64,000 nucleotides of DNA from Diadema antillarum. Its lineage: Eukaryota. The stretch lies in assembly GCF_040938485.1 (NCBI RefSeq), contig NW_027271135.1, positions 62,001-126,000 on the forward strand, read 5' to 3'. Position numbers and translations under genes: made by a program. The notes beneath the pieces were generated by a model. The model was given only the letters and a program-made list of their open reading frames with translations. It searched no databases and was not told the DNA's origin. Every line of letters begins with the position of its first letter. The stretch's first letter is position 1. Positions 24,349-36,109 of the stretch are shown in pieces.

Positions 24349-24568
24349 GTCACCCAAGGGCGCGTCTTCTTATATACCACGGTGGCAGTGCGGGTGTGCA
24401 CGAGGCTCTATACTTCGGGGTACCAATGGTCATCATGCCCCTGTTCGGCGACCAGCCAGCCAACGCCGCGGCGGTTGCTGACCGAGAGCTTGGGGTGGTC
24501 ATTGACAGGAGCACAATCACTGAAGACAAGTTTCGGAAAGCTGTCCGACAAGTTCTGGATGATCCCAG
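24349..24568 (+). CDS. UGT: UGT constant exon 4 (220 nt; HPRARLLIYHGGSAGVHEALYFGVPMVIMPLFGDQPAN)
   Basis: tttttag| acceptor, AG|gtaacg donor. It contains the UGT signature and has the same 220-nt size as the homologous vertebrate exon. Confidence 0.95.
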
Positions 24569-25039
24569 GTAACGAGATTTTTTTAAAGGAAGTCACAGTT
24601 CCAGGAAATGAATTTCAGTGAAATTGGAAGTCTGTCGCCTGGAGTGCCATTGCTCAGGCGTAACGACTTTAGGCCGTTTCTATGTGTTCATTTTGGTTGT
24701 ACATTTGTATACATGTATTTATATTATAAACATATATGCATACATATACACGTAACTTCTTTGTTAGATCTCGTCAGCATTTTTCTTTTTGTTCATTTAT
24801 GCAAATATCAATTAAGAAAGATTGTAATCTATAGATAAGTGATGGTCAAAGACAAAGTAATGGCATGACTGGTTTCATTCTAAAGTCCTTTTTTGTCATG
24901 CTCACTGCTTCATACGCTGTATTAGGGAAGCGTGGATTTCTTGAGTGACATAACTGTCACATGATATGTCTGAGAAGAGATATAGATAAGGCCAAATCAA
25001 TATGAAAGCTCGAAATTTCTCGTTGATTTCTTGGTACAG

Positions 25040-25322
25040 ATACAAGACAAATGCAGCCAAAGCATCGGCCATCTTCCAAGACGATCTCATGAAGCCGCTA
25101 GACCGCGCCATATTTTGGATTGAGCACGTGGTCAAGTTTGGCGGGGCGCATCTACGTACAAGGGCCAATGACTTGAATTTCATCACGCGAAACTGCCTGG
25201 ATGTCCTAGCTGTTATCATTGCATCAGTCCTATTAATGATGTATGTGTTTGTCCGTTTCTTTATGTTGTTGACTCGATGTTGCTGTGCCAGAAACCGAGG
25301 ACAGAAAGTAAAGGCAGATTAG
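25040..25322 (+). CDS. UGT: UGT constant terminal exon 5 (TM helix + KVKAD ER-retrieval motif)
   Basis: tacag| acceptor (phase 2); PLDRAIFWIEHVVKFGGAHLR, a hydrophobic TM and a C-terminal KxKxx before TAG. The spliced total is 1629 nt = 542 aa + stop. Confidence 0.93.
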
Positions 25323-25811
25323 GACGCACTGTCCGTATCATTATTTTGCTTTCCGAACCTACATAACTTACATCTTGAAACGAAAATGATTCTTCCACAG
25401 GTTCAAACAATGGTATGTCCAATACATCATGGCATACATAGTTGTATCAACTGAAATACACCTTAAAACATTTTTTTTTTGCACTTTTGAAGAGCACCAA
25501 TACCGGGAATACCCTAGCAGTCTCCCCATTTGCATGTTATAATACACAGATCGGTAGCCACCACCTATGTTGTGATTAAGTCACTACATGACTCATGAAC
25601 TATATTAGTAAATCTGGTCAACTGTCCAGTTGACCAGATTTACTGATATAGTTCATGAGATATACTTTACCTGGATGACTGAGAACATTGACAGTCACTA
25701 CATGACTCTTTTGTATGCAAGGGTTGTTGTTGATTTTTTTACTTTCATTTTTTTTACACCAACAATAACTAATTAAAACACAGATCACGTAAGAAGGTTT
25801 ATTTTCAGTAC

Positions 25812-26087
25812 AATAAATGTGTTTAGATTACATACCAAACTACAGGTTAAGATTTCGTATATGTATCCAAAATGTCATAGAAGACAACCATTTGTAAACT
25901 AATCTCTTATAATCTTCATAGTCTTGTCTGAGACCAGTATGGTGAGATGTCATTCAACTTGATTACTCCACACGCATCGTTATCATTGCATCAATATATT
26001 TAAATTATGTCGAGCCAATCGTTCTGAATTGAATGTCTTCCCTCAATAATCATACATGTACCACTAAATTTGTTCAACTTCAATAAA
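25812..26087 (+). terminator. Candidate UGT polyadenylation signals
   Basis: AATAAA at 25812-25817 and 26082-26087, downstream of the stop. Confidence 0.35.
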
Positions 26088-29000
26088 AACATGATTGGCA
26101 TGATCTCAGATTCAGATTTTGATTTTCTATGATTATAATAATGTTAAAATCTCGCATCCATTGGTTATTGGAAGTAAACTTTGAAAAGTGTCAATAATTA
26201 TATCTCTTTATAGATCGTGTTCTGTCTTTCGTACTTTGTCATTTATCAAGATACATTATTCTGAGATATAACATGTCAACGATTCTCACGGCCTGCAACC
26301 ATGCTTTTCTGGATGGAAGAAAAAAGACTGAAACTATCGTGGATACTTAATGACGACTTTATTAAAGACACAAACAAATAAGCAAATGTGAAACGGAAAG
26401 TTTTTTTTCCCCAATACTCAGTCGTGCTGTGCATTCCAGGAAAGCATAGGGTTAACGAGTTAGTTGTCATTGTAATGAAAATTAATCTGGCTTTCTTATG
26501 ATGTCATATTTAAATAAAATAATGCAAATTTGAGAGAAATATGATGAACTAAACTGGAATTGCGTACTTTTTCTAGAAATATATTATGACGTCAATTACA
26601 ATGCGCACAAAATACACATTTCTTGATCGTTTAGTGTTACTTCCACCTTATCGAAAAGGTGTTTAATATATCAGAAGCAATCAAGTTATGGAGTAAGATA
26701 AGACAGTTCAAACACAAAATAGAGTACATGTAATACGCAAACGATTACCGGAATCAATATACTAAGATACAATGATGCCATTTCCGTTTATCCTATACTA
26801 TTCAAATACTAGTAACCATAACGTTCTTAAAAATTGGACGATATCGACTAAAGTGATTATATCGTTGTTTTGGTGTATGTTTATATGTAAACTTATCCTA
26901 TCTCAAGGACATCTTGGTTAATTCGTCACCCTGCTTATCAGTTTTTTAAATCGCTGCTTATAAGAATGCAAAATGAAGGACGACAAGGAAATCAAAATGG
27001 CACAATGTGTGTACTATAGCTACGTGTTTCTTTATACATTGATTTTTATCCGAAGCAATGTCTCCAATACGATTCTTACGGGATTGTAATGTACGTTGGA
27101 CTGTAGGCCTATCTTAAGTTTGACAATCACAGTGAAATGGTGAGTCGAGGAGCAAGGGGTGGTTATTATGCCAGAGTAACACTCACCAAGTTTTATTTGA
27201 CGAATTGAATCGTTCTTCTAAATTGATATTCCTTAAATTGGAACTCAGCGCCTCTGGGCCAAAGTCAAATATTCAAACCCACTACGTTTGAAGACATTTG
27301 ATTATTGATGAAGGAGATTTTTTATACCAGTGCTCTGGAAAAAAAAATAAAGCTACATTACACGTCACTCTTTCCACATAGGGTTCAATAACAATAAAAT
27401 CATCTTGACAATCAACGTATAATATTTTCAAGATTGGTTTGCATCCCATAAGCTGGGAATTATCAGTTCTTTGTAGATATGGCCTACATGCAGCATTATA
27501 TATGTGTGTATATATAGCATACATAATATAGGCCTATATATAACGGTCTTACGATGCTCTCGTAAGTAGTTCACTAGAATACAAACCCTTGAATGGGTAC
27601 ATTAAAATTCTCCCTTCAAAGTTTCACGGGCTCATATATAGACTAATCATTTGGACATTCACATACATATCTGATATTTTTCTCAACCTGTTTAAATAAT
27701 TATTGCGTTAATTAGCTTCAGGTGTGTGAATCTCGTACTCGTCAAACTGTAAGGCCTACATTACACAGTATATTATAGTGGAAACTCGATCCTGCCGTTA
27801 TTTTGTATGGGTGCGACATAGGAGTCTATTAGTAAGTGCGAGTGAGATTCGTGATATCACAGTGACGGCAACACAGCTATAAATGTCATGGAGGTCATTA
27901 AGTCTATCAACACATCTGACATAACCCAACTTGTCCAACTGCTTACAATACATCCTCATAATCTGAACCACGTGCCATTGTTTCACTCAATTTTCAGAAT
28001 TGGTTTCTCTGCATGATATGCAGGGAAGGTATACGGACATGAGAAAATGTTTCTTTTTGTCTTCAATTGCGTTATTTAAAGCCTTCTAGGAGACTAACGT
28101 AAGACTCATAAGCTGTAGATTATATCATGTACAATGCTTGATTAACATACAGGGGTTATCGAATGATGATCTTATTTGCTTTCTATTCAAGAAGCGTCTA
28201 ATCATTAAAAAAGAAGTGGTGATAAAACTAGGGAGTGTTCTCCTTTTCATCGAAGTTGAGGTATACATGCTCTTATGATACGTGCTTATTAAACCACATT
28301 TTTTTTTTTAGTGCAGATGTCAACCAAGACATGTCACTCTCCATGACTGCTTGTAAATCTAGAGGCCTCAATGAATTGCACAGAGCTAGTAACATCTTAA
28401 ATATTGCCGGTATCCGGATTATTCTGCTCTGCGTGGGTTTGGGATCTGGTTTTCATTTCACTTAAAATGGCTTATCACTTCGTCCAAAGGCGTGCTTCAA
28501 AGTGTACTTGATGTTAAATGCAAAATAAACAAAATACTCAAAATCAAATCAATGTACAAGTACAAGCCGAAAATGATGCGTATACGGGAAAGTCGTTACG
28601 TAAATTGACAGTACATGTATAGCTTGTCAGAGTAATAAAATACAAAATAGATACACTTGAGCAATATCTAAACATATACAATGCCGATGAAAGGAATGTA
28701 CATAACGTAATAGTAATGAATTATTCAACATGCACTCTTATGCTGAAGAAAGTTGTTCTACATTTTTCACCTTCAGCATGTAAACCAGACAACGTTTCTT
28801 GATATTTTTACTTGGTTTGGGTTAAACCAAAGAGTCAATTCCTTTAACCCATTACCAAGCAAAATGATGCTCCTTCTATGAAAGATTCGTAGATCCGTGG
28901 AGATCGGGCTAACCACCGAAGTTTAATGATTTGTTTCCTGACTTATTTCGACCTTCCCTGCATATTTTCTTCAAAACTATGCATTTGTTGTTGTTTTTTC

Positions 29001-29622
29001 GTTTTCACTAAAGCTGACAGACAAATAAAAATACAAACAAAGACCTGAGCAAACACCTCTAAAAACATGGCTGCATTGGCGAAGGTAATTTTCAGGAATC
29101 GGAAGGCGTGCAATAATACCGGTAGTTTATGTCAAATACATTGTAAAATGAACTGACGACGAATCCAGTAAGAGGTCTGAATCAGACAATAATCTGGGTT
29201 ACTATAAATACACCAAAAACCCTTGCTCCATGTCTGACTTCACGGAAAATTTCCTTTAATCCATTGATTGTATATGTTTGTGTGTGATGTGTGTGTGAAT
29301 TGCTAGCAAAGAAACGAACAAACAGTGGACAACAGCGCAATAGATTTATTTTCAGGATAAATGATCAACGAACTGATAAATCTTCGTCAAAACCATTGTT
29401 CGGCGTTTTGGCACCTCGCCACAGAAAGATCACAGAACGTTCTACTTCGTCTCTGATAATCATGTCAATTCCTGCAGATATAAGCTGAGCATATACTTAA
29501 GATATTATTTTACATCTCCAACGTGAGCCGAAATAATGCTGTACACTGAAGAAGTGCATTTGAAAGTTGCTTCGGACGCTTCCTGCTGATGGTTATGGCA
29601 GTCAACATTTTATTCCCTTTCT

Positions 29623-32600
29623 TTATTGATGCTCAGATTCCTGAACATATCCTTGCAACCTTTTAGTATCATGGAAAAAGGGCGACACCATCGGGAAGTC
29701 AAAAGCATTCGACTTGAACGTGAGTGTAGAATTGTCTGTGTCGTCATCAGATAAACACAGGAAAGGACAGCTTTTCGAAATATAGTCCTTGATGGATACT
29801 GATGGATTGGTCACTCTGCAGTGACTGAAGGATATGCAGCAGTTGTCATTGGTCACTAAGCCTAATGGCTTTTGCCCATACGTCATGATGCAACAGTTAT
29901 GGAAGTGAAGACAAAGAACGACATTTCCCAAACACTTTCGAGCCCAGAAAAGCACGTAGCCAATGTTGATCGGATCTACAACATGAATGAATCGGAGAGA
30001 GAACACACGTGGAGTCCCATCGCTGTGTACAAGGATTGGCTCTTGGCTATCATTCTTGTCGCGACATTCTCTCAAAGTTTTGATGTCTTCGATCTCGACC
30101 TCGCTCAAATCGCCAAGTACAACTTTAGCGAGAGAGAGTATTTCCAAATTTGGAAACATCCGACTAGTCAGAGACAAGATGGTGGGGAGGGAAATAGAAT
30201 GACCTCGATCGATGTCAACGAACTCCAATCTGAACTCTGCGAGTGAATCATTTTGGACATCTTCCGGGATAGATACTTCCCTGTTGTAAGAGAGATTCTC
30301 ACACCAGTGTGACAAACCGACCCGCTGCAGACGTGGACATGCCATCCCTACATGGGCTAGAACATCAGCCAAAGAACAACGTTGTGGAGGGAAACTCGAA
30401 CCCGCGATGATGACTTGTTCGATCCCCAACTTGTCAGGAAGTGATGAGTAATGAGATGAACGAAATTCAGGGATCCGAATCGTCATGAAAAGAAGATGAA
30501 GTTTGATTGTGTTTGGGGTGTACCGAGCAATCAGAAAGAATATATCTACGATCGAAAATTCTTCCAATGCTATATTCGACTTTCTTTTGACCACGTCGAT
30601 GCTTGCATTACCAACCTTCCTTAAGCGTATTTCGTCTACGATGAGTTGGGCTTTCACGTCGTCTGCACTGGGAACTATCTCGGTGTGAGAAGGGATGTAA
30701 GCTTTTAACTCATCAAGTGATAGCAGTGTCAGATGACATTTGCCTAACGATTGACCTACAACATCCAACACACCTGTAACAGATATATCTTCCATCATGT
30801 TCTTAAGACGCAGCTCCTCGAGACATGACTTTACAACGCATTCCTTCCGAGAGGTATCATGGCGATCCTCGACGGTCAACACAATGTCGTGCAAGAAGCA
30901 TCTTTTCATGGCGGAGCAGAAACCACTCGCAACACCAAGAAGCTCAGAGAGTGACAACTGGTTATCAACAAAACCAATTTCCAAATCCTCAATTGCAGTT
31001 GACCCAACCCGAGGCATGAGATCTGGATTGTGCTCATGAAGAACTAGCTCAACATAGGAGACATGCAGACATCGCATGTTCTGACACTTTCTTGCAAACA
31101 GGTGCAGCAGATCGAAAAGAGACACTTGCGTGCTTATGCTGTTGATATGAAGTTTCTGAACACTGCATTGCTGTTCATTACTCTGCCTTACAGTTTTGCA
31201 TGACTCATGAAGGTCAAGTTCTGTGTAAGTGAGCGATATGGTAGCAACATCAATCTTCATCTGCGACAGTATGTTCATTAACCCTGAAAGATGAACAGAC
31301 TTTTGACATTTGTTGAGACTGAGTTCTTCAAGTTTGAATGTCTCTAGGGATGGTCCGGGTAAACCCTCCAGCGAGAAGTCTCCCGTGAAATCGGAAACGA
31401 AGATGCTTTTCAACTTTCGATAGCTCTTTGTCGTGAGTGAGAGAAGATCGGACAGAGAAATCGTTTCAATTATGTCGAACATTGACAGACTGGTGCATGG
31501 TTGAAAGCTAACATTGTTAGGTAATGCAAACTTCAGATAGTAAAGGAAGCTGTGACAAAGGCTGCCATCGTAGTCCTGGCGTTCTGGGTTGTGTCCATCC
31601 AGCTTCTCAATCATTGGAAGCAAGTCTGCCTCGGACCCACTCTCTTGATTGATCATGAGGCTCAGCAGAAATAGAGACCTCATAAAATCATGCGACTTTA
31701 CGACAAGCATTTCATCAAGGAATTCCGGCACTTGTTCGTCAATGCCACTCAGCTCACTATGTAGATCAGCTTCTGTCTTCTCATTATCTTGCAAAGACAC
31801 AAGGTGTTCAACTATCTTCCTAGATCTCACACGATTGTCGTAACTCCCTTCACGCGCCCTTCGTTGGCAGCTGAATACCAACGTGTACTGTAAAGATATT
31901 GTCTGGGCAGCGTTGGACATCCCTGCCAAGGTTGACTCCATGACTTCGGGGTGTGACGCGATGAAATCTCCGGCACATTTTTCTTGGAACAACAAGTGTG
32001 GAAAGGAGTAAACAACCTTGAGAGACTCAAATGCATCATGATGTATTTTGGCCTTTTGTCGAACAAGCAGTCCAATTTTCAAGCCAATTTCAATCATGCG
32101 TGTTTTGTGCCCAAATTCGTCTCTAGGGAAAATTAACTTCTTCCCGGGTTTCAAGACGCCCTCGAGCGCCATTTTCCCAAGATCATCCCAGAACTTTTCT
32201 AGCACAGGCATGTCCACCTCGTCTGGAATCTCATGATAGAGGGGTTTCCTAGATTCACCGATCTTGTCTATGTTATTGACAAAGAGGGCACGAAGAAACT
32301 TGGTGAACAGGGAATTCATCGTATCGGCTTCGGTCGTGTCTTCGGAGCATGTCTTTTTGAGATAGCATACCATGGAAAGAAGGATTGGCACACGCGCCAG
32401 GTGGCGAATAACCCCGCTATATTTTATCTTCTCCAGGCACTGTCTAGCCGCCCGATCATCAGGAGCAAAGTACTGTTTGACAAAAGAATCGACCCCCTCT
32501 GAGTCAAATCCGTCAAGACTTACCTGAGCGTACATGCATGTTTGCTTTTGAAGCAAACATGTGTGCCACGGGCGGGTCGTGACCAGAGTCGTAACTTCGG

Positions 32601-33205
32601 CCATCATTTTGCCTGCCAGAACATCATTAATGTCTCCTTTATAGCTATCTGGATCAAATTCATCGTAGCCATCGAGAATGAGCTTAACCTCTGTTGGATT
32701 CGACTGAATAAACCTCTGTATATGCGATCAGGAGTTATCGAACTGTCTTTGCATATAAGCTGGGTGTGTATGGCCTCGGCTACGTCCCCCGAACCCTGAA
32801 GTCTACGGAACTCAAGCGCACAAAGTATCTTAACGTCCTTCAGGGGAGACTGTGGCACCTTCTTTGCCCAGTCATAGGCAAGTTTCTTGCACAGGGTACT
32901 CTTACCGGTTCCACCCTCACCGAAAACCAGAATTCGATCTGCTATGCTGCCATCTATCCAAAGGTTGAAAAGGTCGTTGTGCGAATTTTTCAGCTTATCT
33001 TTTGTCTTCTTACGGGATCTCGTGTCGACTTCCTGTCGCAAAGAAAGAGAAATGAAGTATTCATTGAGGTCCACCAGCCTCTCGTCCCAGGGATCGGTAG
33101 TCACAGTGCAATAGATCTGTTTGTAGTACCTTCTCAGTTCCTTTGCAAATATTTCAGCAAACTGCTCGTCTTCTATATGTGCTCCCTTTGAATAATCCGT
33201 GTTTT
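29623..33205 (-). CDS. NLR terminal exon: NACHT + helical domains + atypical LRRs (3583 nt, frameshift at ~32713-32717; gene or pseudogene)
   Basis: Walker A RILVFGEGGTGKS is in ORF 32604-33215. Walker B KLILDGYDE, LVTTRP, VPILLSMVC, WHD FPHLLFQE and repeated SLxDLL...L..L.L units are in the frame of ORF 29623-32607. Acceptor tttacag| at 33206/33205 (phase 1). Confidence 0.88.
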
Positions 33206-33898
33206 CTGTAAACATAAAAAAATCAGAAAAGAAAGACGATATGATTTAGTTATTTCAATGTTGTTTACGTCAACTTCACTCTGTATTTTCTTATCCTGTT
33301 CCTCACTGATACGTGATAGAAGGTCAATCTTCAATATTGCATTTTATCCCTCAAGAATGTTTGGCAATAAAGGGATAATGATTAAGATTATATGATGGAC
33401 TCCTGTTATAACAAAGTCCTCGGAACCGGCAGTTTTCTTCCATTATATCGAAATTTCGTTAGAACCGTACAAATAAACAATAAGAATACATAGAGTGGAT
33501 AATGTGGCGGCATTAATTTTCACTTCGTTGTAACCAGAATTTTATCATAACCGTGTTCATTATGATGGGAGTGCACTGTAATTATAATGCAGTGTAACTT
33601 TTTATTTTCTATTATAGAAATCGAGATAAACTCAAGTGGCTAGCGTCTTGAGTGGAAACCAACAACGAAAAGAGAGATCTATCATAGTGATAGTATTACT
33701 ATCCAACAATTATTGTTACAACAGTGAGTACGACTTGTGATTATGGGTAAATTCATTTACGCCTACCTATAAATTTGTGGGGGGTGTTTTACGAGCTACA
33801 ATGTATGTTTCTAAAAAATGGTGTAATGTCTAGTTTTGTGAATCACTAACACTTACTCAGCTTAAAGAGTAAATGCGACAAACAAAAGACAATTATAC

Positions 33899-34195
33899 CT
33901 TTTCTTAAGCACTTATCGGCAGTTTGAACCATCCCGATTTGGTCCAGCTTAGATGCCAAAAGATGGCGTCTACCCTTTTCGCCGGGAGTCTTCTCTCTCC
34001 ACGTGAACAGCATGTGCGTCGTACCATCCACAGTTACGTTGTTGTGAAGAAAATTTGTCTTTTGGTATCTCTCGATTTCAGGATAACCAAAGCCAAGTAG
34101 GAGACCAAGATCAGGAACTTTGGATACATCGACACATTTGGCAATATCTCGCAGCTCAGTGTCAGATACATCGTCCGTACTAATACATCTTTGTT
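33899..34195 (-). CDS. NLR exon encoding a DEATH domain
   Basis: SDTELRDIAKCV...DLGLLLGF...EIERY...MLFTWRE...LASKLDQIG shows the death-fold helix pattern. The donor G|gtataa (phase 1) fits the next exon. The acceptor is ambiguous (34197 via CAG vs 34195 via GAG). Confidence 0.8.
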
Positions 34196-34533
34196 CTCTG
34201 AAACTTAAAAATACAACCAAGACAACACGATGAAAATCAGCATGAATTTGTGCAAAAGACTTCAATGAAAACTACAGCTTTACGAGTTTGTCATTTGCAT
34301 CATTGCAGTTATAATCGATATTTTGCCTGGCAGAAATCATTTGCATTCTCGAAAACACTCTTTCTAAGAGTGTAGGCTTACTTGTTCCATTGGCACAATC
34401 AACAAGCAATTAGGCACAATGACACTGAAGTACTGCCTATAGATAAATATCTACCATCACTTTAGGAATATCACCTGACATGTAAAGAAATTTGACTATG
34501 AAAGTGAAAATCACGCTAACTAATTATCCTTAC

Positions 34534-34983
34534 TCTGCGAGTTCTGTTTGGACGAGGTTAAAATTGATGCAGATAGTGACGTAGAGACCAATCCCTGCTC
34601 CCCTCTACGAGATGACGAATACTCCACGTTTCCCAACTCCTCAGACAGTGGCGTTTTGTCTTCTTTCCGTTGGAGCGTCCTCGCAGCACTAAGATCAGTT
34701 GGTAACTGAGGCAACTCATCTTGACTGATTTCTGCTGGTGGAGATGATATCGGGACATCGACCGGCTCTCTTGGAAGAGGTTCTTGCTCGGTGTGCTCTG
34801 ATGTTCGGGTAGATAACTCTCCTTCTGTACGGCTCTGATTCGCCGCCGGTGGTGCTTGCACCGAGGAAGTCTGTGGGGATGTCAGTGACTCACTTGCTGG
34901 TGATAGTGGGGGCGGAGAGGGCGCTCTTGCATGTACCATGACAAGACGGGCTCCAACTTGATCTTCTGTGTGCAGAAGAATGT
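34534..34983 (-). CDS. NLR exon encoding a Pro/Ser/Glu-rich disordered linker
   Basis: 150 open codons; ttacag| acceptor (phase 1) and A|gtaagg donor (phase 1). Confidence 0.7.
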
Positions 34984-35302
34984 CTGTAATAATACAATTC
35001 TGCTGTACATTTATGCTTTAAAAACTGTACAGCTTAAAGCGTGCCCCCAAACACTGACGAAGGAATCAAATTTTACATTTGTTTTTTGCATACTATAGTT
35101 TAGATTTATCGAAATTATGACAAAACTAGCATTTGTTTTTCTTTGGCCTTTTAGTTTGCGTGTTCGCTTGTTTGTTTGTTTTATGGTTTTTCCTTCTTTT
35201 CTTCAAATCATGAAAATACAGCTTAAGTATATGCGTTTTGTGTAGGAAGATTCTTACACACGCCATATTTTAAATCACTCTAGTCTTTCCCTCGATCATT
35301 AA

Positions 35303-35871
35303 AGGACAAGTTCAACTTCATAAACATAAGAATTGAGAGAATGCAACAATATTAGTAGAACACATCAGTGAAAGTTTGAGGAAAATTGGACAATCGATGC
35401 AAAAGTTATGAATTTTTAAAATTTTTGTGTTGGAACCGCTGGATGAGGAGACTACTACAGCTTGTGAGTCATATGCGTACAACAGTATAAAGAAAATGTA
35501 AAAGAAAATTCAACATATTTTCACTTTTTTCGCATAATAAAAGAGCACTTGACTTGCCTCTTTCTAAAGGCAGGGGGAATAATATTACCCATAACATTTG
35601 TCAGTAACCAGTCAGGGGAATGTGTACTTTTTTCAAAAGATGGAATTGTGTGAAATTCTCTTTATATTTTCCTTATATTGTTGTACGCATGTGACATCTA
35701 AGTTATTCATACACTGCAGTAGTCTTCTCATCCAGCGGTTACTGCACAAAAACTTCAAAAATTCATAACTTTTGAACGGATTGTCTGATTTTCCTCAAAC
35801 TTTCAATGATGTGTTCTACTAATATTGCTACATTCTCTCAATCCTTATGTTTATGAAGGTGAACTTGTCCT
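35303..35871. mobile_element. Kolobok-like MITE
   Basis: TTAA TSD on both sides (35299-35302, 35872-35875); TIR aggacaagttca...tgaacttgtcct extends into long imperfect inverted arms. Confidence 0.85.
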
Positions 35872-36109
35872 TTAAGGTGCACAGGTAATTAAAATCTTAC
35901 CTTCCTCTGGTTCAAAGCTTTATCTGCCTTGAATAGTGCCCTTCCTATAGCATCGCACATACATACTGCATTGCCCATTTTTAACATAACAGAGGTCTTC
36001 TAGAGACCATCTTATACATTCGATATAATTATACAGTATCTATCAAAAAAAAAAGAGAAAGAAATAAGGTAATCCATCGTTGGAGGGTTATTATTCATAA
36101 TTGTCAACT

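Noticed and set aside
26500-29500. Hidden gene between the convergent UGT and NLR 3' ends
   Set aside because: Only short low-complexity ORFs and dispersed repeat fragments are present, with no motif support.
29872-33191. Plus-strand ORFs overlapping the NLR exon
   Set aside because: These are antisense shadows of the NACHT-LRR coding sequence.
34382-34474. Possible extra NLR exon to fix the phase mismatch (cag|gtgata...caa|gtaagc)
   Set aside because: Every acceptor I tested gives an in-frame stop, and the upstream intron would be only 59 nt.
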